Assembly: GCA_964409615.1 (NCBI GenBank) | Contig: CAYPDT010000001.1 | Span: forward strand, 371,880 to 435,879 | Source of the DNA: an uncultured Candidatus Saccharibacteria bacterium | GTDB taxonomy: Bacteria; Patescibacteriota; Saccharimonadia; Saccharimonadales; AWTP1-31 | Length of the DNA: 64,000 nucleotides | Reading direction: 5' to 3' | In this document: in pieces, positions 48,069 through 56,136 of the stretch | How positions within the stretch are numbered: the first letter of the stretch is position 1 | How the letters are laid out: the number at the start of each line of letters is the position of its first letter | Notes under the pieces: generated by a model | Told to the model about the DNA's origin: nothing | Database searches by the model: none | The model's input: only the letters and a program-made list of their open reading frames with translations | Program-made: the position numbers and the translations under genes

Positions 48069-49287
48069 CAATGAAGAACCGTTGGTGATGCATATCGACT
48101 TGAACAGTTGCTATGCAATCATCGAACAACAAGCTAACCCGCTTATCCGATACAAGCCAGTTGGAGTAGCGGCTTATGATTCGCCTGGTGGGTTCATTAT
48201 CGCTTCGTCATATGAAGCACGGAAACACGGCATAAAGTTAATGCGGATACGTGAGGCACGGCAGATACTGCGAGATATTATCATCCTGACGCCAGACCCA
48301 GAGAAGTACTTCGATGCCCACCGGCGTTTCAGGAAGGTTCTAGAGCGTTATACCAGCGAAGTTACCCCGAAGTCTATTGATGAGTTTGTGGTTGATTTTA
48401 GAGGCTCTAGAGCGGTCCATGATGGTAAAAGCTTAGTCGATATTGGTAAACAAATTAAACGCGACATCAAGGAGGAACTGGGAGAGTACGTAACGGTGAA
48501 TATCGGCATAGCCCCCAACCGGTTCTTGGCCAAAATAGCAGCTGGTATGGATAAGCCAGACGGGCTTGATGTTCTACGTGGCGATGAAGCACACAATGCC
48601 TACGGCCAGATGAGTTTAACTGACCTACCAGGTATTAACTTCCGATACAAAGCACGGCTCAATGTAGCTGGTATTTTCACACCACTCGACTTTGTTGAGG
48701 CCCCCATGCACAAATTAAAGAAAGAGGTGTTCAAGAGCGTAGTCGGGTATTACTGGTACCTGCGACTGCGTGGTTACGAGGTGGATTCAGCTAACTTTGC
48801 CACCCGAAGCTTTGGTAATGACTACTCAGTGGGGGATAAGACAAGTGACCCACAAAAGGTCAATCGACTGATTATGAAGCTTTGTGAAAAGACCGGGCGA
48901 AGACTACGGAAACACGACTACCAGGGACGTGGCATCTCTATGTGGCTCAGTTTTGAGAACGGCCAGTGGTGGGGCAAAAGTAAACGCACGGGTAATTTAC
49001 TATATTCCACCCAAGATATTTACCTTGCCTGTATGCGCTTATTAAGAGGAGTGGACTACCCTGCCCGAGTGACTCATATCAACCTCTCAGTGTTCAATGT
49101 TGTTAAAGCAAACCCCGTCCAGCTGGGTCTGTTCGATGATAGTAGACTAGATACCAGGTCGCTAGCCCGAGCCTCTGACATGATTAATGACCGTTATGGT
49201 GAATACACGCTGACACCAGCAACTATGGCAAATATGGGAGATATTATTATTAAAAGAGTACCTTTTGGCAGTGTGCGTGATATTTAA
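48052..49287 (+). CDS. Y-family DNA polymerase (DinB/UmuC-like)
   Basis: MHIDLNSCYAIIEQQ (catalytic Asp), SIDEFVVD, and a little-finger region. I place the start at MEMPINN (48052); the track ORF starts at 48010. Confidence 0.88.
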   Translation: MEMPINNEEPLVMHIDLNSCYAIIEQQANPLIRYKPVGVAAYDSPGGFIIASSYEARKHGIKLMRIREARQILRDIIILTPDPEKYFDAHRRFRKVLERYTSEVTPKSIDEFVVDFRGSRAVHDGKSLVDIGKQIKRDIKEELGEYVTVNIGIAPNRFLAKIAAGMDKPDGLDVLRGDEAHNAYGQMSLTDLPGINFRYKARLNVAGIFTPLDFVEAPMHKLKKEVFKSVVGYYWYLRLRGYEVDSANFATRSFGNDYSVGDKTSDPQKVNRLIMKLCEKTGRRLRKHDYQGRGISMWLSFENGQWWGKSKRTGNLLYSTQDIYLACMRLLRGVDYPARVTHINLSVFNVVKANPVQLGLFDDSRLDTRSLARASDMINDRYGEYTLTPATMANMGDIIIKRVPFGSVRDI

Positions 49288-49509
49288 GAACTAATCAAAC
49301 TGTTTAAAGGTAAGGAAAATTACAGAACAGCCATAAGCACAATGTGCTATTATAAATTTGAAAAGAAACGAGTGGAGGAAGAACTATCGGTAGACACGCT
49401 TGACTTTTAAGGTATAAGCTGTTATTTTTAGTTTCTGAGTGTGGGCAAATGTGGGAACTAAAAAGAGCCGCTTATCTAGTATTGCGACTCTTTAATGATT
49501 TAGGAAATA

Positions 49510-49545
49510 CTCTCTATTATAGAAGTAATAGGGAGTTTTTCTTTT
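49510..49545 (+). terminator. intrinsic terminator in the long non-coding region
   Basis: CTCTCTATT-N8-AATAGGGAG followed by TTTTTCTTTT. Confidence 0.45.
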
Positions 49546-49839
49546 AAGAGGAATTTAGGCATACACATAATTGCATATGTTTACCTCCTTACAATCTGCT
49601 CCGCTTGAAAATCGACCTGCGGGGTTGTGTTTTTCGTTTTTGTTCTTTGTATCCGCCCACTCGCGGTGAGGAAACACTAGAAATCACAAGAGATAAAAAT
49701 ACTTGAGTACAATTAGAAAAGGTCACAACAAACCAGCCAGGAGGCAGGTGTCGATATGACTCTACCCCTCAAAGGAGCGTTGGCGTAAACCCGCTCCTGA
49801 CAGGATTGCTATGACCAAGCTTAACTAAACAACTACAAC

Positions 49840-50577
49840 ATGGACCCAGCCACTAACCCAGCCCCAAACTCACAGAACCCGCAATCACCAGCTACACCTG
49901 TTACTCCCACCGTGTCGGCCGTACCTACTCCACCCGTTTCAGCACCACAACCGCAGACAATACAACCAACCGTTACACCCACCTCACCAGATACTTCGCC
50001 AGCACAACCGAAATTGGAATCAGCTCCGAATCCCACCGTGGCCAATCCAAGCTATGTGGGTCTAACGAGTTCACAAATTACTATCAAAAAAGACCCATTG
50101 CCATTTGGAATCTACATAATCGCAGGCTTTTGTCTTCTTAGCCTGGTGATTGGATTCTTTGATAATTCACAAAACAGTCTCATTTTCGTAGTTGCCATGT
50201 TGATAAATCTCAGCTTAGCAGTCGGGCTGTTAATGCGTATGGAGGCCGCTCGCAAGGGAATGGTTATTCTACTTAGCTTACTCGTCGGCCTAAATGTACT
50301 AAGCGCTTTTATGATTGTCGGCATCCAGCAAAAACTAGCAGACCGGAAAGCCGCATACTCCACAGCAATCAGTAAAATCGACAAAACAAAGATTACAACC
50401 AAACAGAAAGAACAGCTTGCAATCATCGACAACACTATTGCTCAACAAGAAAAGCAATTAGGTAAGGCATTAGGGCTCACTTACATAAAGCTCGGTGTAA
50501 GTTCATTGGGTAGCATAATGATTATTGGTTACCTCAGTCGTAGGTCGATAAAAGATGCTTTCCATCCTACAGACTAA
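49840..50577 (+). CDS. membrane protein with Pro-rich N-terminal region
   Basis: 245 aa. The first roughly 75 aa are P/T/Q-rich, followed by about 4 TM helices. Confidence 0.6.
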   Translation: MDPATNPAPNSQNPQSPATPVTPTVSAVPTPPVSAPQPQTIQPTVTPTSPDTSPAQPKLESAPNPTVANPSYVGLTSSQITIKKDPLPFGIYIIAGFCLLSLVIGFFDNSQNSLIFVVAMLINLSLAVGLLMRMEAARKGMVILLSLLVGLNVLSAFMIVGIQQKLADRKAAYSTAISKIDKTKITTKQKEQLAIIDNTIAQQEKQLGKALGLTYIKLGVSSLGSIMIIGYLSRRSIKDAFHPTD

Positions 50578-50586
50578 ACATAACAA

Positions 50587-50613
50587 AACCGCACACCCTA
50601 AAGGTGTGCGGTT
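50587..50613 (-). terminator. hairpin terminator between convergent genes
   Basis: AACCGCACACC...GGTGTGCGGTT. The T-tract (TTTTGTTA) is present on the minus strand only. Confidence 0.5.
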
Positions 50614-50633
50614 GAGTAGAACCTGATTGCTTT

Positions 50634-50744
50634 TTACTGTACAAGTTTACTTGGGCCTCGCCGGCTGGCTTGGCCGCCCTTGCGTGCAATCTCCTTCTGC
50701 TTTTCTTTACTCATTGCTGCAAAACCACGCTTTGATGTTGCCAT
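50634..50744 (-). CDS. small KGG-motif general stress protein (36 aa)
   Basis: Own translation gives MATSKRGFAAMSKEKQKEIARKGGQASRRGPSKLVQ. AAGGAGG lies 6 nt upstream and a terminator lies downstream. It is below the ORF-track size cutoff. Confidence 0.6.
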   Translation of the reverse strand: MATSKRGFAAMSKEKQKEIARKGGQASRRGPSKLVQ

Positions 50745-50811
50745 ATTCACCCTCCTTTATTACTTGGCCTAGTTAGAATACGTCAGAATTAAACGCTCAG
50801 CTGTTAGAATT

Positions 50812-51369
50812 TTGACGCTCCAGCATTGTTTTTATCGCAAAATACGCTATGGTGCTTGTATGTCGCGTCGCCTTGCCTCACAGAAAACTCAAGCTGAAGT
50901 TTTAAGTCTTGTAATACCCGCGCCTGATGTTCATTCCATAAGCTCTTTGACGCGCAGTATCGGCGAGACGTTACGAGCAGACATCAGCCGTATGGTTAAA
51001 CACTATGTAGAAGTGAAAGATTGGCTAGCATGGAGTACTCCGTTGCCTTCGGTAATTGATGAGCAGACATTGCCCCGAGTACACAGTACTCCACAATTTT
51101 GGGACGACTGGAATGAACTGCATCAACTCATTAACCTACCAGATGCTGATACTGAGGTACTGAAGGGTGCAATTGAGGCTCGCCGTACCCTTGAATTGAC
51201 GCCCGAACTAACCATAGAAGCAACCGATGCAGAAATCTGCTTTCGTGGCAGTGCGGCCTTCTTGAGCAAGCGACATAGCTTTAACGTAGGCGGGTTCGGT
51301 TGGCCTGATGGCCAACCAGGCTGGGAAGCGTACATTACTATACAAGCGATTGGTAGAGAACAAGCATAA
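50812..51369 (+). CDS. hypothetical protein
   Basis: 185-aa ORF. The track start is TTG, with an alternative ATG at 50860. TGTTAGAAT is present at 50802-50810. Confidence 0.4.
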   Translation: MTLQHCFYRKIRYGACMSRRLASQKTQAEVLSLVIPAPDVHSISSLTRSIGETLRADISRMVKHYVEVKDWLAWSTPLPSVIDEQTLPRVHSTPQFWDDWNELHQLINLPDADTEVLKGAIEARRTLELTPELTIEATDAEICFRGSAAFLSKRHSFNVGGFGWPDGQPGWEAYITIQAIGREQA

Positions 51370-51461
51370 GCTATTTGTAAACTATAGTTGCATATTCTTC
51401 AAAATTAATGTAAAGTAACACCTTATTTACTACTGTTTGTTCAGTATAAGGAGTTACGCGC

Positions 51462-53045
51462 GTGTTTCATCTTAAAAAAGCCTTTTACGGCTTGTCTGCT
51501 GTTCTCTTTGCAGCAATAATTAGTTTCCCTGTTATATTGCCAACTAAAGCCTCGGCTGCAATTCCATCAAACCTATCCCGTGTGCCTAAGATTACCTTTA
51601 CATTCGATGACGGGCTACTCAGTGCTCGCTCGTTAGCCGCTCAAACACTGCAGACCTATAACTACACTGGGGTAAACTATGTTGCCTCTAGTTGTATCGG
51701 CATGACCACCGCACCAAACACCTGCCAAGCAAACACAGACGGTGTGTACATGACATGGGCACAGGTAAATGAACTGCAAGATACTTACGGCTGGGAAATT
51801 GGTTCACACACCAGCACTCATCCATATCTAGCAACTAGTGGCGACGAACAGCCAAATCCTCTTACCAACGCGCAGGTAATCAACGAACTAACCACAAGTC
51901 GGACAGCAATCGCTACCAATACCGGTATTGCGCCGACGGCCTTTGCTTCACCATATGGCGATTACCAACCAAACGGCAACCCTGTATTAGCAGAGGTAGC
52001 AAAGCTCTATACCTCACATCGTGGTTTTGCTGATACCGGTTACAATGTTAGCCCGTGGGAAACTACCGCAACATTGCCAGCAGATAATTACCCACTTAAC
52101 AACTACCTCATTCGCACCCAGCAAGTACAAGCTGGTGTGTCGGTAGCCACCGTTCAAAGTTACATTGATAAAGCTATCGCCGACAATGCCTGGTTAGTAT
52201 TAACCTTCCACGACATCACTGCTGGTGCAGCAAGCACTAACCCAGATGACTACCAGTATAGCAACGCCGACCTTGCTACAATTGCTGCATACGCTCGTTC
52301 AAAGAATGTACTTGGCACCAACGTCAGCAATGGCCTAGCGCTCATGAGTGCCACTGGCACTAACCTGTTGCCAAACAGCAGCTTCGATAGCGCCATCGGC
52401 ACCTTTGATGCAGCTAACCCAAGCACTACCACCTGGACAACCGACAATCCTAGTGTCATCAAACAAGACACCGGGAACCACGGCAACTACCCAAGCAGCA
52501 CCAATTCGATAAGTGTTACCGACAGCTCAACTGCAACACATTTGTTTTCACCGATTGTATCAGTTACCGCCGGCCAGACATATATTTGTAATATGTTTAT
52601 CAATGTTACGACGGTAACTAGTGGGGAAGTGGCCTTCTACATCGATGAATATGACGCCACTGGCACTTACCTAACAACTCAGTATAAGAAGTCAATCTTC
52701 CCTAGCAATAACCCCCTAGTTAAGAACTGGAACTTTAGCTACGTCCCAACCACTGGCGCTGCAAAAGCCCGCTTGCAGGTCTACTTTGCCGCTAACTCAG
52801 GCGTGGCAGCTTATATCGATAATGCGCAATTATTCGCTGCTGACGATAGTATCGTCACTCCACCGCAACCCACATACACTGCAGGCGACCTAAACCACGA
52901 CGGTAAAGTTGATGCCCTTGACCTCAGCACTCTATTAACCAACTGGGGTCAGCCCAACAAGACCGCCGCAGATGGCAATATTAACGGCGACACCGCCGTT
53001 GACGCGCTTGATTTATCAACCTTACTAGCAAACTGGAGCAAATAA
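51462..53045 (+). CDS. secreted polysaccharide deacetylase (CE4/NodB), CBM-like domain and C-terminal dockerin
   Basis: Signal peptide ...TKASA. NodB motifs are TFTFDDG and GSHTSTHP. The CBM4_9-like stretch is NLLPNSSFDS...W. The terminal dockerin is GDLNHDGKVDALDLSTLLTNWG...GNINGDTAVDALDLSTLLANWSK. GTG start with an AAGGAG RBS. Confidence 0.8.
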   Translation: MFHLKKAFYGLSAVLFAAIISFPVILPTKASAAIPSNLSRVPKITFTFDDGLLSARSLAAQTLQTYNYTGVNYVASSCIGMTTAPNTCQANTDGVYMTWAQVNELQDTYGWEIGSHTSTHPYLATSGDEQPNPLTNAQVINELTTSRTAIATNTGIAPTAFASPYGDYQPNGNPVLAEVAKLYTSHRGFADTGYNVSPWETTATLPADNYPLNNYLIRTQQVQAGVSVATVQSYIDKAIADNAWLVLTFHDITAGAASTNPDDYQYSNADLATIAAYARSKNVLGTNVSNGLALMSATGTNLLPNSSFDSAIGTFDAANPSTTTWTTDNPSVIKQDTGNHGNYPSSTNSISVTDSSTATHLFSPIVSVTAGQTYICNMFINVTTVTSGEVAFYIDEYDATGTYLTTQYKKSIFPSNNPLVKNWNFSYVPTTGAAKARLQVYFAANSGVAAYIDNAQLFAADDSIVTPPQPTYTAGDLNHDGKVDALDLSTLLTNWGQPNKTAADGNINGDTAVDALDLSTLLANWSK

Positions 53046-53046
53046 T

Positions 53047-54015
53047 ATGAAGATCGGAACAATTTTAGCCAGCGTATCTGCTTTTGCAGTCATAGCCCTT
53101 AACAACACACCTGTTCAAGCCGCTGCATCAAGCCTGTACATTACGCCAGCAAGTGGCAGTATTACGCAGGGCAGTAGCCTCACCGTTAGCATCGTCGAGA
53201 ACGGCGGTAACGTCAACGTTGTAACTGCTAACCTCAACTACGACGCTAGTAAACTTCAGTGTAATGGTGTGGGTGGCGGTAGCTTTGCGCAAACAATCTC
53301 GGCTAGCTGTGGTGGTGGCGCAGTAACCGTCAGTCGTTACGTCACTCCTGGCCAGCCTGGTCTTAATGGAGCCCAAACTGTAGCCACCGTAAGCTTTACT
53401 GCGCTTGCTAGTAGTGGCACAACCAGCATTACGGTCGGTGCATCACAAGTTGCCAGCGCAGGAGTAAACACGCTGGCAAGTACAGCTGGTGGTAGTTACA
53501 CTCTTACCGCTCCTGCAACTACTCCAAGTAATCCAACCACCCCAAGTGGGAACAACAATGGCTCTTCGCCACAGGGAAGCGCGGTAACGTACGGTCCCAA
53601 AGCATCTCCAGCAAACAACACGGCAACGCATAGCACAACCAATTCCGGAACGGCGACCAGCAGTGCAGCTACAACCGCAAAGCCATCTGATGTTCTTTCG
53701 GAGCAACAATCAGACAAAAGCGACAAAGATGCGGACTCAAACAAGTCAGATAATAAAGCTCAAACTAGTGCTAAAAAAGATTCATCAAATACTGCGCGGA
53801 ATTTAGCAATTCTACTAGGCTTAATGGCAGTTGTTGGTGGTATTATCGCTAGCCAGCGCTACCGTGATGCGCAGGCAGAAAAAGCAGCCGTAGCTGCAGC
53901 AGCAGTTACTGCCAAGAAGGCAGCAACGAAGAAAGCAAAGGCGACAGCAAAGACCACAAAGAAAGTCGTCAAAAAACCTGCTGCAAAGAAAAAGCCAGCA
54001 GCTCGCAAAAAATAA
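53047..54015 (+). CDS. membrane-anchored cohesin-domain protein with Lys/Ala-rich cytoplasmic tail
   Basis: Signal peptide, then a cohesin-like module (SSLYITPASGSITQGSSLTVSIVENGGNVNVVTANLNYDASKLQ...VATVSFTALASSGTTSI). An S/T-rich linker follows, then TM helix LAILLGLMAVVGGIIA. The tail reads AAKKAATKKAKATAKTTKKVVKKPAAKKKPAARKK. The start is 1 nt after the upstream stop. Confidence 0.7.
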   Translation: MKIGTILASVSAFAVIALNNTPVQAAASSLYITPASGSITQGSSLTVSIVENGGNVNVVTANLNYDASKLQCNGVGGGSFAQTISASCGGGAVTVSRYVTPGQPGLNGAQTVATVSFTALASSGTTSITVGASQVASAGVNTLASTAGGSYTLTAPATTPSNPTTPSGNNNGSSPQGSAVTYGPKASPANNTATHSTTNSGTATSSAATTAKPSDVLSEQQSDKSDKDADSNKSDNKAQTSAKKDSSNTARNLAILLGLMAVVGGIIASQRYRDAQAEKAAVAAAAVTAKKAATKKAKATAKTTKKVVKKPAAKKKPAARKK

Positions 54016-54140
54016 ATATCCACAAACGTACCAAACAGCCCCGTCCTATGCGTGAGGGGCTGTTTTAGTATCTTGCGGTAATCCAGCAGCGCTGATAGGC
54101 TTAAGGCAACAGTATTACTCTACAAATAATAAGGATATGC

Positions 54141-54716
54141 ATGAATCCACAAGTCACCCCTACACCACCCGTAAACCCAGCGCCAAACCCTACGCCGCCC
54201 GCCAGTCCAATGCCCGCTTCGCCTCCCGTTGCACCTGTTGCACCGCTAAGCCCAATAGCACCCGATAACAAAAAACGAGGCCCCAAGTGGATAAAAATAG
54301 TTTTGGGTTTATTTGTAGGGCTAGCAGTACTCGGTGGTATTTTATTCTTTACCGTCATGCAGGCAACTAAAGCCCCTCAAAAAATAAGCGACCAGTTTGT
54401 AAACGCTATACAAGCGAAAGATAGTACGGCAGCCTATGAGCTAACGAGTGATGAATTCAAGCAAGCTACTTCGTCGCAAGATATGCAAACTTTTGTAGAT
54501 TCAATTGGTCCTAAAATTCAGGGGGATGAGAAGATTACCGACCGTACTATTCAAAAGTCGGCAGGCAACGCTACAAATGCTACATTCATATATACCGTCG
54601 ACACCCCTGAAGGGAAGATATACATTAAGACAATAGTGCAAGAAACTAGTGGTCAATGGAGAATCTACAATATAAAGACCGATAGTAATCCACTCACCAC
54701 TGACAATAAAGAGTAA
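54141..54716 (+). CDS. membrane protein: Pro-rich N-terminus, TM helix, DUF4878-like domain
   Basis: 191 aa with the same architecture as the passenger gene at 27368-28177 (...ISDQFVNAIQAKDSTAAYELT...YIKTIVQETSGQWRIYN). Confidence 0.6.
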   Translation: MNPQVTPTPPVNPAPNPTPPASPMPASPPVAPVAPLSPIAPDNKKRGPKWIKIVLGLFVGLAVLGGILFFTVMQATKAPQKISDQFVNAIQAKDSTAAYELTSDEFKQATSSQDMQTFVDSIGPKIQGDEKITDRTIQKSAGNATNATFIYTVDTPEGKIYIKTIVQETSGQWRIYNIKTDSNPLTTDNKE

Positions 54717-54758
54717 ACACTCAGTAAACTATAAGATTCCACCTGATATACTGTTTGT

Positions 54759-55243
54759 ATGCAACAAGGATCAAACAAGAACACAGCCATTATTGGCATC
54801 ATCGCTATCGTCATTATTGCTGCAGCTGTTATCGGCACCATTGCACTAAAGCCACAATCTAACACTGCCTCAGGTAATAACGGTTCGTCGACTAGTAGTA
54901 CTACTTCAGATTCCACAACCACCTCAACCAATATAGACCCGAATGCTACTTACAAAACGGTACCTACACTGCTAGCGGCTCATACAGCACCCCCGAAAGT
55001 ACCGAAGATATTGAAGTGACGATTACCGTTAGCAACAACAAGATTACCGAAGCGTCAGTTTCGCAACAAGCAAGCTCCCGCGAATCCCGAGAGTACCAAG
55101 CCGATTTCGCCAGCGGCTACAAAAGCCAAGTCGTCGGAAAAGACATTGCAACATTACAGCTATCTAGAGTTTCTGGTTCATCACTCACCCCCCGTGGCTT
55201 CAATGAAGCTCTCAACATCATCCGTTCTCAAGCAAAGTCATGA
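54759..55243 (+). pseudogene. FMN-binding-domain membrane protein, interrupted by a 1-nt frameshift at about 54954-54958
   Basis: ORFs 54759-55019 (TM plus S/T linker) and 55016-55243 (FMN_bind-like ...VSGSSLTPRGF...) are one gene. In the second frame the text reads through as ...NGTYTASGSYSTPESTEDIEVTITVSNNKI. The shift is at an A4 run (TACAAAACGG). Confidence 0.65.
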
Positions 55244-56136
55244 TCTCAAAGCCTGCCGCGCAGGAAATACAACTTGAGTTCGAGGCCATCGGTACGCATT
55301 GGCGTATTAATCTTAATGCTCCGGCAGTTGATGCTCCGCGCATCAGCGCAATTATCACTCGTCGAATCAAACAATTTGATGCAAGCTATTCCTGCTTCCG
55401 CCCCGACTCATGGCTGGTGTTTGTCGGCAATAATCCCGGGAAGCACCAAGTGCCGACTGACTTTGAACCAATATTTAAGCTGTACCAAAACTTATACAAA
55501 CTAACAGATGGCGCGGTGACGCCATTGATTGGTGACGCTATGGAAAGAGCAGGGTATGATGCAAATTACAGCCTGGTTACTAAACCACTCGTTGCAATAC
55601 CTGATTTTACTGAAGCCCTCCAATTAAAGGATAATACTTTACATGTTAAGTATAAATGCGTTATTGATGTAGGTGCTGCTGGCAAAGGATATTTAGTAGA
55701 TTTAGTCGCCGCTGAATTATTGAAGCAGGGAATTAGTAGTTTTACTATCGATGCTGGGGGTGATATCTACACCACATCCCCTACCCCTCTAGCAATCGGG
55801 CTAGAGGATCCGTCGGATACCAGCAAAGTAATCGGCACCACAACCTTGCAACATAATAAAGCAATATGTGGGTCTGCCAGTAACCGAAGGCGCTGGGGTG
55901 ATATGCATCACATCATGAACCCGCACACATTAAAACCAGTTTCAGATGTTACAGCAACGTGGGTAGTTGCCGGTAGCACCATGGTGGCCGATGGTCTTTC
56001 GACTGCCTTGTTCTTTACAGGGCCGCAACAGCTTAGCAAGGACTTTAATTTTGAATATGTCATCTTGAAAGCGGATAATAGCACTATGGTCTCGAAAAAC
56101 TTTGCAGGAGAAATTTTTGATGAAACAAATAGATAA
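55240..56136 (+). CDS. apbE: FAD:protein FMN transferase (ApbE family)
   Basis: ApbE pattern (...AVTPLIGD...DVGAAGKGYLVD...TIDAGGDI...GSASNRR...HIMNP...ADGLSTALF). Overlaps the upstream stop (ATGA). Confidence 0.85.
   Translation: MISKPAAQEIQLEFEAIGTHWRINLNAPAVDAPRISAIITRRIKQFDASYSCFRPDSWLVFVGNNPGKHQVPTDFEPIFKLYQNLYKLTDGAVTPLIGDAMERAGYDANYSLVTKPLVAIPDFTEALQLKDNTLHVKYKCVIDVGAAGKGYLVDLVAAELLKQGISSFTIDAGGDIYTTSPTPLAIGLEDPSDTSKVIGTTTLQHNKAICGSASNRRRWGDMHHIMNPHTLKPVSDVTATWVVAGSTMVADGLSTALFFTGPQQLSKDFNFEYVILKADNSTMVSKNFAGEIFDETNR

Noticed and set aside
46153-49839. Genomic island integrated at the 3' end of the initiator-like tRNA gene.
   Set aside because: There is no integrase gene. I found no direct repeat of the tRNA 3' end downstream. 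Only the context is suggestive (unknown genes, damage-tolerance genes, an AT-rich tail).
54951-54961. Programmed -1 ribosomal frameshift in the FMN-binding gene.
   Set aside because: The site (UACAAAACGG) is not a canonical X XXY YYZ slippery heptamer, and I saw no obvious downstream stimulatory hairpin. An indel in the A-run is the simpler explanation.
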